64,000 nucleotides of DNA, from NCBI RefSeq assembly GCF_963921235.1, contig NC_086108.1, forward strand, positions 101,558,001-101,622,000. Direction: 5' to 3'. Positions 12,120 through 25,971 of the stretch are shown here, in pieces. Both the position numbers and the translations under genes were made by a program. The notes under the pieces are model-generated. The model was given only the letters and a program-made list of their open reading frames with translations. It was not told where the DNA came from and ran no database searches. How positions within the stretch are numbered: the first letter of the stretch is position 1; each line of letters opens with the position of its first letter. The DNA comes from Mobula hypostoma. Taxonomy: Eukaryota.

Positions 12120-14300
12120 TAATTAATTCTGGTTCATTGCACAACATCTAATCCAGAATAGATGATCCTCTAGTTGGCTCAAACACTAGCTGCTCTAAAA
12201 AGCCCATCTTGTAGGCACTCTAGAAATTTCCCTTATTGGAATCCAGCATCAACTTGATATTCACAATTTAAATGCATATTGAAGTCTCCCATGACTATTG
12301 TAACATTGCCATTTTGGCATGCATTGTCTGCCTCCCATTGCAAGGAGTCTGTATACAGTACAACTCCCATCAAGGTCTTTTTACCCTTGTAGTTGTTTAG
12401 CTCTGTCCACCATGATTCAACACCTTCCACCCCTATGTCACTTCATTCTAATGGTTTGATTTCATTTTTTTTACCAACTGAGAAATGCTGCCCCATCTTC
12501 TTTCCTGCCAGTCCTTTCAATACAATATGTATCCTTGGATATTAAGCTCCCAGCTATAATCTTCTATCAGCCATGATTCAGTGATGCCTACAACTTTATA
12601 TGTGCTGATATGCAACTGTGCTGCAAATTCATCTATCTTATTCTGTATTCTGTGCACATTCAAATATTACAACTTCAGTATTGTAATCATGCTTTTTGAC
12701 TTTGTCCACATTTTACATTGCATCTCATCCTGTTGACTGCAATTTTGCCCTATCACTAGTCTCTCCTCTCTGCATAGTGCTGCTGTTGTAAACCAGCTAC
12801 CTCATCTTGAGGACTATTATTCATCTTTCCTAAGATACTTCTTGCATTGAAATATATGCAGCTCAGGACACTAGTTGCACCATGCTCAACTTTTTGATTC
12901 TCAACTTTGTTTGAGGTTTTACTAACATCTGCTTCCACAACCTCTCCACTAACTGTTCTGGCTCTCTGCTTCCCTCTGCAAGTCTAGTTTAAACCCAACT
13001 ATGTAGCATTAACAAACCTTTCAACAGCATATTAGACCCCCTCCAGCTCAGGTACAACCTGTCTCTTCTGTGTAGATCCCACCTTCTCAGGAAGAGCGCC
13101 CAATGATCCTAAAATCTTATGCCGTCCCTCTTACATCAGCTCCTTAGCCACATATATAATCTTCCTAGTTCTGGCCTCACTAGCAGCTGGCATGGGTAGC
13201 AGTCCTGAGATCACAACCCTGGAGGTTCTACCCATTAACTTAGCACCTAACTCCCTGAAATCCCCATGCAGAACCTCATCATTTGTCCTACCCATGTCAT
13301 TGGTACCTACATAGACCATGACCTCCAGTTGTTCATCCTCCTACTTAAGAATGTTGAGGACTTGTTCCAAGATATCCCAGACCCTGGCATCCGGGAGGCA
13401 ACATACCATCCAAGAATCTCATTCTTGCCCACAGAACCTCCAGTCCATTCCCCTAATGAATTGCTTATCACCACAGTGTGCCTCTTCTCCCCATTTCTCT
13501 TTTGTCACAGAGGTAGACTCAATACCAGAGACCTGACCACTGTGACTTTTCTCTGTTAGGTCATTCCCACCGACAGCATACGAAATGATATTTCTGTTGT
13601 TGAGCGGGTTGTCCACTGGGGTACTCTGCCTTGGCCCTTAACCCCTTTCTTCTTTCTGCTTCCTGTCTTTCACTCAGTGTCCTGTGCCCTACCTTGGGTG
13701 TAACTACGTCTCTATATGTCCTATCTATCATCCCCTCAGCCTCCCAAATGGTCCAGAGTTCATCCAGTTCCGGCTCCACCTCCTTATCTCAGATTGTTAG
13801 AAGCTGCAGCTGGATGCGCTTCATGGAGTTGTAGTTGCCAGGGACACTGGAGGCCTCCCTGCCTTCCCACATCCCACAAGAGGAGCATTCTAGTATCCTG
13901 CCTGGCATCTCTACTGTCCTAGATGAGCAGATATAAAGAAGGGAAGACAAAAAAAAGAGCTTTACTTTTCATTTATTTTCTCCGACTTCACTGGCTTCCG
14001 CTTTTTGCTGAAACCTCAAGATCACTACTCTGATTCTATCTAGATGACGGCCGCAGGTGTGATGGTTGCTGCTCCTGCCCCTATCTTCCTTTAATTTGCT
14101 CTTGTTCAATCAACCCAAACACTGATTGGCCACTGGTCAATCACTGTTGCAACTGACTGCTGACTTTTGTTCTCAGGCAGTGGACCTGATTTAAAAAATC
14201 CGCTCCTCTCATAACTTCCGATGTCTGGATTGGCCACTGGTCAAACAATGTGCCCTCGTCAAGAGATACTTGTCTTTCTGTGCAACATGTATTAGCATAG
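12120..14300 (-). mobile_element. Decayed CR1 5' half (copy E): ORF1 esterase and start of APE
   Basis: VGTNDMGR...VVISGLLP (13131-13319), CIYFNARSI (12756-12938), VMGDFN (12233-12430). Confidence 0.85.
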
Positions 14301-14599
14301 TTTAATGAGAACAACCAGAGGATCAAGGATGGAGCTCGGGACCTGTAACCTACAGCACCAATTATGTGTAGAAATAAAAGCCTGCAAGTGGCTAATAGTC
14401 TTGAAATCACAGATTCTTTAGGGCTGTCAATAGCCAACACGCCCACAGGAACAACTACTGAGAGTCATGAGTGGCAGTCATTGCCCACTAGAAGGAGCAC
14501 TTTCAAGATCTCCTCAGCTGAGATTGTATTTGAGATTGATGCTTGATTCAGTTCCACAGCACAGAATCCCATATAACTGCAGCATCAAAGGTTAAAAAT

Positions 14600-16740
14600 G
14601 CCACTCTACAGCTGATAAACATCAAAGTCTGCAGACCAAATAAAATCCCTGCTGAAATACTGAACAAGATGGAATAGTTCCAGTATGAATTCATGAGCTC
14701 ATCCCACTGCTCTGGGAATCAGGGATATGACAGTAGCATCATTGTGACCATCTTCTAGAAAGGAGATTGGTCCCAGAGGAATCTCCTTGTTGTCCGCTCT
14801 GAGAAAGACTTCTCAAGAATTGTCCTCATCTTCCTCCTTCATGTGGACGAAGTATTAGAGCTGCCATGAGGATTTTGCCCCTCAAGGGTCACAACGAAAT
14901 CCAAGAAATTTGAAGGAACGGTAACCAATGTACTGTAAATGGCTATTTCAGTCTTTTAAAAACTCTTCAAATGAGAAATATTGTCAAAATTGTATGCCTT
15001 CATTGACATACTACAATAGTTCCACAATGACATACAAGCCATTATCTTAATCACGGAGTCCAGCACAGACCCATAATCAGTGCAGACTGGGTTCCACCTG
15101 CTTCAAAAGGGCAACAATCATACCAGAACCCAAGATGAGCAGGGTAAGCTACCTCAAAGACTTTTGCTCAGTGTGCACTCACACCTACTGTGATGAAGAG
15201 CTTTGAGAGGCTGGTCGTGTCTAGATTTCAACTCTTGCCTAAGCAAGCACTTGGCCGCAATGCAACTTACCCATCACCACAATGTCTACACAGATGCAAT
15301 CTTACTGGCCCTCTACTCAGCGTGGACAGTAGTACCTACCTACATTAGGCTGCAGTTTATTGACTACAGCTCAGCGTTCAACACAATCATACCCTCAGTT
15401 CTAATCAACAAGCTCCAAAACCTGGGCCTTTGTACCTCCTTCTGCAAATGGATCCTTGACTTCCTCATCAGGAGACCGCAGTCTATTTTGATCAGAAATA
15501 ACCTCTCCTCCTCACAGACAACCAACACTGGTGCACCTCAAGGATGCATGCCTAACCCACTGCTCGACTATCTCTACATGCTCAATTATGTGGCTAGGCA
15601 CAACTCAAATATCATCTACAAATGAAATATAGCTGATGGCATCTATATGCCATCTATAAATTTGCCAACAACGCAACTACTGTTGGCAGGATTTCAGATG
15701 GTGATGAGGTGGTGTCCAGGAGCGAGATAGATCAACTGATTGAAGGCGTCACAGCAACAACTTTGCACTCAATGTCAGCAGGACCAAAAATTAATTGTGA
15801 CTTCAGGAAGGGGAAGTTGAGGGAATGCACACCAGTCCTCATCAAGGGATCGGAGTGGAAAGGGTGAGCAGTTTCAAGTTCTTTGTTGTCAACATCTGTG
15901 CCCAACTAACTGATGCAATTACAAAGAAGCTATGACATCAACTAAACTTTTCATTAGGAGTTTGAGAAATGGTATGTCACCAAAGACACTTGCAAATTCC
16001 TACAGATGTACTATGGAGAGCATTCAAACTGGTTGCTTCACCGTCTGCTATGGAAGGACCACTGCACAGGATCAGAGAAAGCTGCAAAAAGTTGTAAACA
16101 CAGCCAGCTTCATCAAAAGTATTCGCCTCCCCAGCATCCAGAACACCTTCAAAAGGGGATGTCTCAAAAAGATGGCATCCATCATTAAGGACCCTTATCA
16201 CCCAGGACATGCCCTCATCTCATTGTTACCATCAAGAAGGAGGTACAGGGGCTCAAAAACGCACACTCAATGTTTCAGGAACAGCTTCTTCCCTTCTGCC
16301 ATCAGATTTCTGAATGGACATTGAACCCATGAACATTACCTCAGTATTTTTCCCTCTCTTTTGCACCGCTTATTTAATTTAATTTTCTTTTTTATGTATA
16401 CTTCTTATTGTAATTTATAGCTTTTATTTTTACGTGTTGCAATGTACTGTTGTTGCAAAACCACAAATTTCATGACATATGGCAGCGATATTAAACCTGA
16501 TTCTGGTTCCAAACCGCTCTTTGATCTTCCTCAATACAATGCTGCATATCATCTCTAACAAGTTTCTCCTTTGAATGGGGTTAATCTACAAGACAAATCA
16601 GAGTGTTTGTCCTTTACTCCAGAGCCAAACTCACTCCAATATTAGTCACCAATAACAGTATATAGATGATGCTTGTGTATGGGCGCGTTATAGAGCTTAA
16701 GCTCCATTCACTGAAGCATATGATAATCAGACTTATACTA
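14600..16740 (+). mobile_element. Decayed RTE-like LINE fragment split by a Rex1 insertion
   Basis: IPAEIL-, IVTIF- and RGISLLS-like remnants at 14640-14800; QYxDD-like remnant near 16660. Confidence 0.5.
15090..16510 (+). mobile_element. Rex1/Babar LINE 3' part, decayed
   Basis: [37 protein letters not shown]; tail attaaacctgattctg. Confidence 0.85.
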
Positions 16741-17400
16741 AACACAGGAGAAAATATGCAGACGCTGGAAATCTGAGGAACACACACAAAATGCTGGAGG
16801 AACTCAGCAGGCCTGGCAGTATCTGGAGAGCAGTAGGGATCACAGCAGGGGAGAAGTGAGAGAGTTCCACCGAAATCCCATCAAAGGGAAGATTTAAACT
16901 TCTTCAGGATAGGCATCCCTGGAAGAAACTTCACAGAGTAGTAATCAAATCACAAACAAGAGAAAATCTGCAGACTCTGGAAATCTGAGCAACACACACA
17001 AAATGCTCGAGGAACTCTGCAGGCCAGGTAGCATCCTGCGGAAGTATTTCAGCTCTAAATGCCAACTATACTTTTTTCCATAGATGCTGCTTGGCCTGCT
17101 AAGTTCTTCCAGTATCTTGAGTATGTTGCACTAAAGACAAAAGGTTATGTAGATCCTGGAAATCCAAAGCAACACACACACACACAAAATGCTGAAGGAA
17201 CCCAGCAGGTCAGGCTATGGAAATGAATAAACAGTTGGCACTTTGGGCGAGGCCCTTCTTCAGGACTGGAAAGGAAGGGGAAGACGTCAGAATAAAACGA
17301 TGGGGGAGGGGAAGAAGGACTAGCTGGAAGGTGATAGGTGAAGCCAAGTGGGTTCGAAAGGTAAAGGGCTGGAGAAGAAGGAATCTCTCTGCTGTCCATT
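16741..17400 (-). repeat. Cluster of Penelope-derived non-autonomous repeat fragments
   Basis: Repeated acacacaaaatgctggaggaactcagcagg units and a hammerhead-like motif at 17232-17268. The Penelope assignment is from recalled family features. Confidence 0.6.
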
Positions 17401-17849
17401 GAAGCATCACCCATGTATTCTGCACAGGATTCCTCAGTCATATTAGAACTCGAGATTGTGAAAGACTGCCTAAAAAGTTTTAAGGAAATCAGTTTAGAAG
17501 GCTATTTTGTCTTGCTTGACATCAAGCTACGTGGGAGTTAGAGTGGCATTCCTTGCAGGTCACGGAAAGGTTTTTGGAAGTTGGGAGGTATACTGCGTTC
17601 TCACTGTTCATTAAGGTAAACACTGTTGTATAGAATAGTGACACAACTATATGGAGAATGGACTTCAAGAGGCAAGCTGTACATAGATAATATAGCCAGA
17701 AGAAAAAGAGTTTGGCTTTTAGACAGTACAACGGAAAGCACACGACTGAAGAAAATGCTAGAAATACCCAGCAAGTTATTCAGCCTCGAGAAAAAAGTAA
17801 AATAGTGTTAACATTTCTGTTTAACTATAACAAGTATTTTAGGACATAC

Positions 17850-18071
17850 CTGTGCTGTGCCATAAATCTTAAGTCGAGCTGTGTGCACAATCTCATCTAT
17901 CTTAAAGTCACTGTTATTGTAACTCTTCCCACTGGGGTCATGCAGAAGAATGTAAGGAGTCTGTGTCTCCCAGGTAACTACAAAAGATGTATCATTGCCA
18001 ATAGTCTCATCGATAACAACAGTGCCATTTAACCAAGTGTCATTGCCAATGTTTCTTCCTATATTTTCAAG
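17850..18071 (-). CDS. CLCA: CLCA coding exon 10
   Basis: LENIGRNIGNDTWLNGTVVIDETIGNDTSFVVTW...TARLKIYGTAQ; 222 nt; donor GTATGT. Confidence 0.95.
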
Positions 18072-18753
18072 CTGGAAGCAAACAAAATCATATCTTACCA
18101 AAAAGCAGTTGTTAATGGAAGAGAATAATTGCATTGTAATTTTCTGAAATGTTCCCATCAAAATTATGTGATGAACTTCAAAAACTGTGATTGAGTTGCA
18201 GAAAAGATAGACAAAACAGCAGAAAAAACACATTTATTAATAAAATAATTAAGAGTTAATAGGTCAACCAGCATTTGTGGAGAAAGAAATCAAATTAAAG
18301 TTTCGGGTCCTGCTAAGTGTTTAGAGTATTTTCTGTCCTTAGCTCAGATTTTCAACATCTGCAGCATCTTGATCTTCATAAGTGACTTAGTATTATTTTA
18401 AGCCTTGAAATCATGCCATTAACACATTAAATAATTTAACCTGAAGACACAGCCCCAGAAGTAACACAGATCTTTGGTCCGATTCAGACATATGATTGGC
18501 TTGGGTTGATGAGTTTTGCTGCAGGACATGAGTCTGGGTGTGGGAATTGCAAGTGAAGATGGCAAGCAACATGGGCAGTTAAGGGGTAGGCCAAGGACTC
18601 CAGGAGCAGCTGAGATGGAGGTCAGTGACTCCAGAAGTGACCAAGTCTAAAACATGAGGGCATGGAAACAGGAGTGGTTAGGCGATTTGGGCTATTGCAT
18701 TTATTTCTACAATATTGGAATTTAACTAGGACTTTACTGAAAGATAATTCAAC

Positions 18754-18860
18754 CTGGATGGCCTGTTGGCTGCTGTCACCATTGCCTGATGTTAATCCTG
18801 TGAAAGAATCAATTAATCCACTTGTATCCAGGTTATCAGTCGCTGCAAACTGTAAGCCCC
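18754..18860 (-). CDS. CLCA: CLCA coding exon 9
   Basis: GGLQFAATDNLDTSGLIDSFTGLTSGNGDSSQQAIQ; 107 nt; weak donor GTTGAA. Confidence 0.92.
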
Positions 18861-19058
18861 CTGCAACATTAAAATGATAAATATTATGATTAATTTGTGT
18901 AATAACAATGATCTATGCTAATTAAGAAATAAACAAATAAGCACCGTGAATTGTGACCAGGTCTGTCAAATTAGGACTAAAACTGTTTAACAGTCCTGGC
19001 CTTCAGAAATTTTAGTACAAATAAAATATGAAGTAGTAAGAAACATTGGGTCAAAAAT

Positions 19059-19480
19059 AGAAACATAGAAAACTTACAGCACAATACAAGCCCTTTGGCC
19101 CACAAAGCTGTGCCGAACATGTCCTTACCTTAGAAATTACCAAGAGTTACCCAGAGCCCTCTATTTTACTAAACTCCATGTACCTATACAGGAGTCTCTT
19201 AAAAGACGCTGTTGTATCCGCCTCCACCACCATCGCCAGCAGCCCATTCTATGCACTCACCACTCTCCGTGTAAAAAACTTACCCCTGACATCTCCTCTG
19301 TACTTACTTCCAAGCACCTTAAAACTGTGCCCTCTCATGCTAGCCATTTCAGCCTCTGACCATCCACACAATCAATGCCTCTCAGCATCTTGTACACCTC
19401 TATCAGGTCACCTCTCATCCTCTGTCGCTCCAAGGAGAAAAGGCCAAGTTCACTCAACCTATTCTCATAAGGCATGCTAA
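19059..19480 (-). mobile_element. CR1 3' end fragment (same type as the 3' end of copy D)
   Basis: atagaaacatagaaa tail plus RT C-terminal sequence. Confidence 0.85.
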
Positions 19481-19559
19481 ATGACAAATGATTACCTGAG
19501 CCAGCCCCTTAAGACAGAAGCACCGTCTGGTGGAATATGAGACAATATATATTATAGCA

Positions 19560-20410
19560 CAATATTACTTTACTTTATCGTTGCCAAACAGTTGATACTA
19601 GAGTACACAATCATCACAGAGATATTTGATTCTGCGTTTCGCACTCCCTGGAGTACAAATCGATAGTAAATATTAAAAATTTAAATTATAAATCATAAAT
19701 AGAAAATAGAAAAGGGAAAGTAAGGTAGTGCAAAGAAAAACCGAAAGGCAGGTCCGGATATTTGGAGGGGACGGCTCAGATCCGGGTGAGGATCCGTTCA
19801 GCAGTCTTATCACAGTTGGAAAGAAGCTGTTCCCAAATCTGGCCGTACGAATCTTCAAGCTCCTGAGCCTTCACCCGGAGGGCAGATGGACGAAAAATGT
19901 GTTGGCTGGGTGGGTTGTGTCCTTGATTATCCTGGCAGCACTGCTCCGACAGCGTGCGGTGTAAAGTGAGTCCAAGGACGGAAGATTGGTTTGTGTGATG
20001 TGCTGGGCTGTGTTCGCGATCTTCTGCATCTTCTTCCGGTCTTGGACAGGACAACTTCCATACCAGGTTGTGATGCATCCTAGAAGAATGCTTTCTACCG
20101 TGCATCTATAAAAATTAGTGAGGATTTTAGGGGACAGGCCAAATTTCTTTAGTTTTCTCAGGAATAAAGGCGCTGGTGGGCCTTATTGGCAGTGGACTCT
20201 GCTTGGTTGGATCAAGTCAGGTCATTTGTGATATTGACCCCGAGGAACTTAAAGATTTTGACCTGTTCAACTTGGGCATCACCGATGTAAATGGGGTCGT
20301 GCGGTCCGCTACTCCTTCTGAAGTCAACAACCAATTCCTTCATCTTGCTGACGTTGAGGGATAGGTTATTGTCCTCGCACCATACCACCAGGTTCTTAAT
20401 TTCCTCTCTA
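19560..20410 (-). mobile_element. Rex1/Babar 3' fragment
   Basis: WCEDNNLSLNVSKMKELVVDFRR; NSFFPTVIRLLN. Confidence 0.85.
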
Positions 20411-20429
20411 CTCAATATTTTGAATTACC

Positions 20430-20800
20430 TCAGTTTATTCCTGTCCTATGGTACTCTCTGTGTGGAGCTTGCATGTTCTCCTGTGACTACATGAGTTCCT
20501 CCACATACTGTGGTTTCCTCCTGATCACGCAGATCAGTAGATTAATTGGACATTATGAATTGCTCTTTGTATGTAGGTGAATGGCTGATTCGGGGAAGAA
20601 TTGAATACAATGTGGGGAGAATCATTTATAGCAGAGGTCACAACATTTTTTATGCCATAGAGCCTTACCACCAACTGAGGGGTCCATGAGACCCAGGTTG
20701 GGAACTCCTGTATTTACAGGGAAACTAGTGCATGCACGGGATTGCTCTATGAACCAACATTGATTTGATGGGCCAAAATGGCCTCCTGCTTTGTTGCATG
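20430..20800 (+). repeat. V-SINE remnant
   Basis: ctgtgtggagcttgcatgttctcctgtgac...gtggtttcctc V-domain-like sequence. Confidence 0.55.
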
Positions 20801-21324
20801 GAGACATATGAAATTATAGAGTCTGAACTGGAAGTGCAATCAAGCTATTCAGTTGAGAGCATTTATGGGTGCACAGTTAATGTGGTTTCACTACCAATAG
20901 CCGCCTCATGAAAAGCATCGCATGCTGAGATTCGAGACAACCATCAGAAGGACTTGAGTTAGCTCGTAAAAGTGGTCAGTTAAGCAGCTGGGACAAATAT
21001 ATGGCTACGTTAACTTGTGAATTAAAATATTCATTTCCGTGCTTTATGTGGTTTGTTATATAATTCCACTAATTTGTGTGAGCTGAGTAATCCTTTCATT
21101 GTACTATACAAAAGTCTGTGTGACTTGACCTATGCACAAATGAATCATAGACGGATGCCAACTTACTTCTTACCATTGCTGGAATGGGTTAGGATCAGGA
21201 AGGAAATCAGGAAAGGGAAGGTCCCACCAGTTTCACACTTTGTATGAACTCCAACTTTAATGTTTTCGTTTGAAGTTCCTTTGTTCATTGTTTACTTTAT
21301 GCTGGCTAATTTAACATAAACCTT

Positions 21325-22448
21325 TTATAGGCTTATTCAGAAAGTCAGAAGGCATGAGATCCTGGGAAGTTTGGCCAGGTGGATTCAGAATTGGCTTGCC
21401 TGCAGAAGGCAGAGGGTCGTGGTGGAGGGAGTATATTCAGATTGGTGGATTGTGACTAGTGGTGTCCCACAAGGATCTGTTCTGGGACCTCTACTTTTCG
21501 TGATTTTTATTAACGACCTGGATATGGGGGTAGAAGGGTGGGTTGGCAAGTTTGCAGACGACACAAAGGTTGGTGGTGTTGTGGATAGTGTAGAGGATTG
21601 TCAAAGATTGCAGAGAGACATTGATAAGATGCAGAAGTGGGCTGAGAAGTGGTAGATGGAGTTCAACCCGGAGAAGTGTGAGGTGGTACACTTTGGAAGG
21701 ACATACTCCAAGGCAGAGTACAAAGTAAATGCAGGATACTTGGTAGTGTAGAGGAGCAGAAGGATTTGGGGGAACATGTCCACAGATCCCTGAAAAGTGC
21801 CTCACAGCTGGATAGGGTAGTTAAGAAAGCTTATAGGGTGTTAGCTTTCATAAGCCGAGGGATAGAGTTTAAGAGTCGCGATGTAATGATGCAGCTCTAT
21901 AAAACTCTGGTTAGGCCACACTTGGAGTACTGTGTCCAGTTCTGCTCGCCTCACTATAGGAAGGATGTTGAAGTATTGGAAAGGATACAGAGGAGATTTA
22001 CCAGGATGCTGCCTGGTTTAGAGAGTATGCATTATGATCAGAGATTAAGGGAGCTAGGGCTTTACTCTTTGGAGAGAAGGAGGATGAGAGGAGACATGAT
22101 AGAGGTGTACAAGATAATAAGAGGAATAGATAGAGTGGATAGCCAGCGCCTCTTCCCCAGGGCACCACTGCTCAATACAAGAGGACATGGCTTTAAGGTA
22201 AAGGTAAGGGGTGGGAAGTTCAAGGGGGATATTAGAGGAAGATTTTTTACTCAGAGAGTGGTTGGTGCGTGGAATGCACTGCCTGAGTCAGTGGTGGAGG
22301 CAGATACACTACTGAAGTTTAAGAGACTACTAGACAGGTATATGGAGGAATTTAAGGTGGGGCCTTATATGAGAGGCAGGGTTTGAGAGTCGGCACAACA
22401 TTGTGGGCCGAAGGGCCTGTACTGTGCTGTACTACTCTATGTTCTATA
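21325..22448 (+). mobile_element. 5'-truncated CR1 (family F)
   Basis: RT ORFs 21371-21655 and 21766-22386 nearly match 6235-7200; GTTCTAT tail. Confidence 0.92.
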
Positions 22449-22551
22449 GTGTCAAATCAAAAATTAAGGAGAATCCCTTAAAATAAGCATGTGAAATGTT
22501 TGCATTCCTGGTTTCCAGGTACATAATTGCAGATTTTTCAGCACTAGTTAC

Positions 22552-22729
22552 CTGTCATGGTTGAAAGCTGCTCTAATTCTTCAGCTGCGGATGGTCCTAG
22601 TGCAATGGTGTGGATTACAGCTCCATTTCCTTCTGCTTCCGGGAAGCAGCTACTTATTTGATAATCTATTCCATCTGTCAGTAAAATAATTTCATCACCC
22701 TTTGTAGCATTGTCATCACCACGAAGTAC
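22552..22729 (-). CDS. CLCA: CLCA coding exon 8 (vWA)
   Basis: VLRGDDNATKGDEIILLTDGID...IHTIALGPSAAEELEQLSTMT; 178 nt; follows a 77-nt intron. Confidence 0.96.
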
Positions 22730-22806
22730 CTGCAACAATCAGATGTCAACATGGAAAAAATGCAACACTTGAAATTAGTAGAACTGGCCAAACATTCCAG
22801 GCTTAC

Positions 22807-23031
22807 CTGAAATCCAGCCCTAACCCCAGTACAGATGCTCGTTCCCCCATCAGCTGATGTTGGTAACAGCTGTACAAGATCCTCCCTTACGGCATCATTA
22901 TCAATCCTTTTTAACTGTGTTTTAATGCTTGCATCAGAGTTAAAAGTGACAATTCCAACTTGTGATCCTGCTTCAGCAATCTGCAGTAGGAATATCTCAG
23001 CTGCTTGTCGGAGCCTGACAATGCGATTCTC
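22807..23031 (-). CDS. CLCA: CLCA coding exon 7 (vWA)
   Basis: ENRIVRLRQAAEIFLLQI...GGTSICTGVRAGFQ; 225 nt; donor GTAAGC. Confidence 0.95.
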
Positions 23032-23391
23032 CTGTACATCAGAAGAAGAAAATTCAATGTCCAGCAAAGCCTGTTTATATGATCATCTTAAACTCATATT
23101 TTAAAGAATTTATAAAATAATGCACAATTAGGTTTTGTCAAGCCGTCTACATTGCTCGATGGGGTCTAATCCCTCCTTCATTGTTGCTCAATCCACAGAT
23201 TCTTGTGCAAGCTGAAAAACAATCACCTCACTCCACATCCATAGCTTGTAGGTGGAGGAGAGGATTTTGATGAGTCAGGAGGTGAGACACTCTCATTAGA
23301 ATACCCAGCCTTTGACATGCTGTTGTTGAAATTCACACAAGAGTAGGGAATTCAGTCCAATATAGTAAATGACTATTATAAACGACCTTAC

Positions 23392-23613
23392 CGATCCCAT
23401 GCTTCCTGAGACATCAAGGACTAAGCAAACGACGCGGTCCTTGGCCTGTAGAAGTGTGAAATTTGGTTTGACTGAACCAGTGTGGGGTGATGAAATGTTT
23501 CTGAAGTCTTCTGACTTGTTGATCACGTCCCAAATGCTCTCGTAATTACACATTTCGTTCTGCATGTTGGGTGCTTCGGCATTGTGCGTCTCAGCATCAC
23601 AGAATTTATCTAC
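23392..23613 (-). CDS. CLCA: CLCA coding exon 6 (start of vWA domain, MIDAS DxSxS)
   Basis: VDKFCDAETHNAEAPNMQNEMC...RVVCLVLDVSGSMGS; 222 nt; donor GTAAGG. Confidence 0.96.
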
Positions 23614-23769
23614 CTGGAAATTTATAACTACAGGGTTAAAGAGGTAAAAATTTTTGAAAGAGACATTTCTGCTTAAAAATACCAAGATCAGGCTAATTGA
23701 AAAACTACAATATAGTAAAATCTTGGAGAATATAATGTAAGACCTTCTAGGCGGGTGGAGAGTATTGTG

Positions 23770-24500
23770 TAGAAAAACCTGAGGGACCTCAAAATCCTTG
23801 CGGGGGTTGAGGGATTTGATAATACTACTAAGAAGGGTTTAAACTAGAGTGAAAGGAACATGGGAACCAGAGCAGTAAATTGGCAGCTGGAATAAATGAG
23901 ATGAAGGTCGAGTTTAATTGAAGTGGGATTAATGGCAATTACAGTCTAAGGATAGTTATTTTAATGCAAGGAGAATAACAAGTAGGTTAGATGAATTTAG
24001 AACCTGGATTAGTATATGAAACTATGGTGTTGCAGCCATTCTCAGAACTGAGAAAAAAAAATTGTGTTTACTTGGTCAGTTTGTGCTGGCTGTGGAAACA
24101 GTAAAGAACTAACACGGGGAATTTGGAGAGCTAAAAGTGATCATGAAATATCTCAAACAAGTCAGACTAACTCATGTATTTTAGGAGCAAGAGGGTAACC
24201 AGGAAAAGGTGGAATAATTCAATTACAATAGAAGGATTTTATGCATGGAAACAGAAGAAGTGAGCAATGTCCTTAATATTTCTAATGTTTCCATGACTAG
24301 AGGTCAGTAAATAGTAGTGTTCTACGTGAATCAGTGCTGGGATCTGCGTTATTTGTGATACTATCTAGTTGAAGATATACCATAGATGAGCTGATTAACA
24401 AATTTGCAGATGACATAAAAATTGGTGGAATTGTGGACAATGAGGAAGTTTCTCAAAGAACAGAGCAGGGTAAAGATGAGTTGGAAAGTTGAGCACAGAA
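23770..24500 (+). mobile_element. Highly decayed CR1 fragments including the ORF1/ORF2 junction
   Basis: gggtttaaactag at 23835-23847; YFNAR-like remnant near 23960; FADD-like remnant near 24400. Confidence 0.65.
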
Positions 24501-25971
24501 AAGTCACAGAGTCATAGAGAAATAGAGCAATAGAGCACAGGTGCAGCTCCTTCTGCCCAATGAGTCCATGGTGACCATGGTGACCATAGCGCCCACTGAC
24601 CTATTGACGATTTTCTGCATCTGGCTCATATCCCTGTCAGCCCTGCCTGCCCAATACCTATCCAAGTGTTTCTTAAATGATACTATTGCACCTGCCTCTA
24701 CCACTTCCTCTGGTAGCTTGTTCCATGTACTCAATGCCCTCTGCATGAAAACGTTGTCCCTCATATCCCTTTTAAATATTTCTCCCACCCTAAAACTATA
24801 TCCCCAAGGTCTGGGGAAAAGCCTGCTACCATCCACCTTATCTATGCCCCTCACAAACATAAACATGTCTATCAGGTTATCCTCAAGAAATAGGCATCCA
24901 GCATGACCAATCTCTCCCTCTAATCAGGCCTTCTTAGAGTCATAGAATGTTACAGACAGAAACAGGTCTTCCGGTGTATCGAGTCTGTGCTGAACCGTTA
25001 ATCTGCCTAGCCCATCAATCTGTATGTGGACCATACCCTCCACACCCCTCCCATCCATGTAACTATCCAAATGTCTCTTAAATGTTGGAATTGACTGTGC
25101 ATCCACTTGCACTGGCAGCTCACTCCACATCCTCACCATCCTCTGAGTCAAGAAGTTCCCTCTCATGTTCCCTTTAAACATTTCACATTTCACCCTTTAC
25201 TTATGATCTCTAGTTGTAGAGTCTAATGTAACTTCCATGGAAAAAGCCTGTTGCATTTACCTGAACTACACACCTCCTAACTTTGTGTACCTCTATCAAA
25301 TCTCCCCTCAATCTTCTACATCTAAACTTATTCAAACTCTCCCTATAATTCAGGTCCTCAAGTCTATAAGAAAAACTCTATAAGATTAGTTAGACATGAA
25401 GTATGCCCAAAGCCATGATGACTATCATTAATCAGTCCTTTTCTATTCAAATACTGATATCTCTGGTCCCTTCGAATACCTTCCAATAACTTTTCTATTA
25501 ATAATGTCAGGCCCACTAGCCTATAATTTCATGGCTTCTTCTTAGATTCTTTCTTAAACAATATTTCAACCTTAGCCATGCTCAAATCCTTCAGCACCTC
25601 ACCCGTGGTTAAGAATATTGTGACACTCTGCGAGGGGGGCCCATGGTTGATAGACCACCCCTGCATCTCTAATGACCATCACATTTTCTTGTTCTTGTGT
25701 TAAAATGCTTTCATGGGATTATGGTGGGAAGTTCAATTTATTGGTACATTTTAACTTGGGTTATACAGTTATTCACTTGTGTAATTGTGGGTCACCATGA
25801 CTGTAACCAGGGTGTGTGATAGTCACCTTCCTGCCTGGATTAGACTGAGGTGTTCATGGTACCTAGTCTGTTTTTGTGTATATCACAATAAAATGGTTGT
25901 TGAGTTTAATAGGCTTCCTCATCTGTGATTATCAACCAAATGCTCGCCACAGTGATGTCAGGAGTGGGATA

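Noticed and set aside
4936..17849. Possible missing exon in the 12.9-kb intron 10
   Set aside because: Exon 10 and 11 join in phase with continuous CLCA-like sequence, and the intron is filled by repeats
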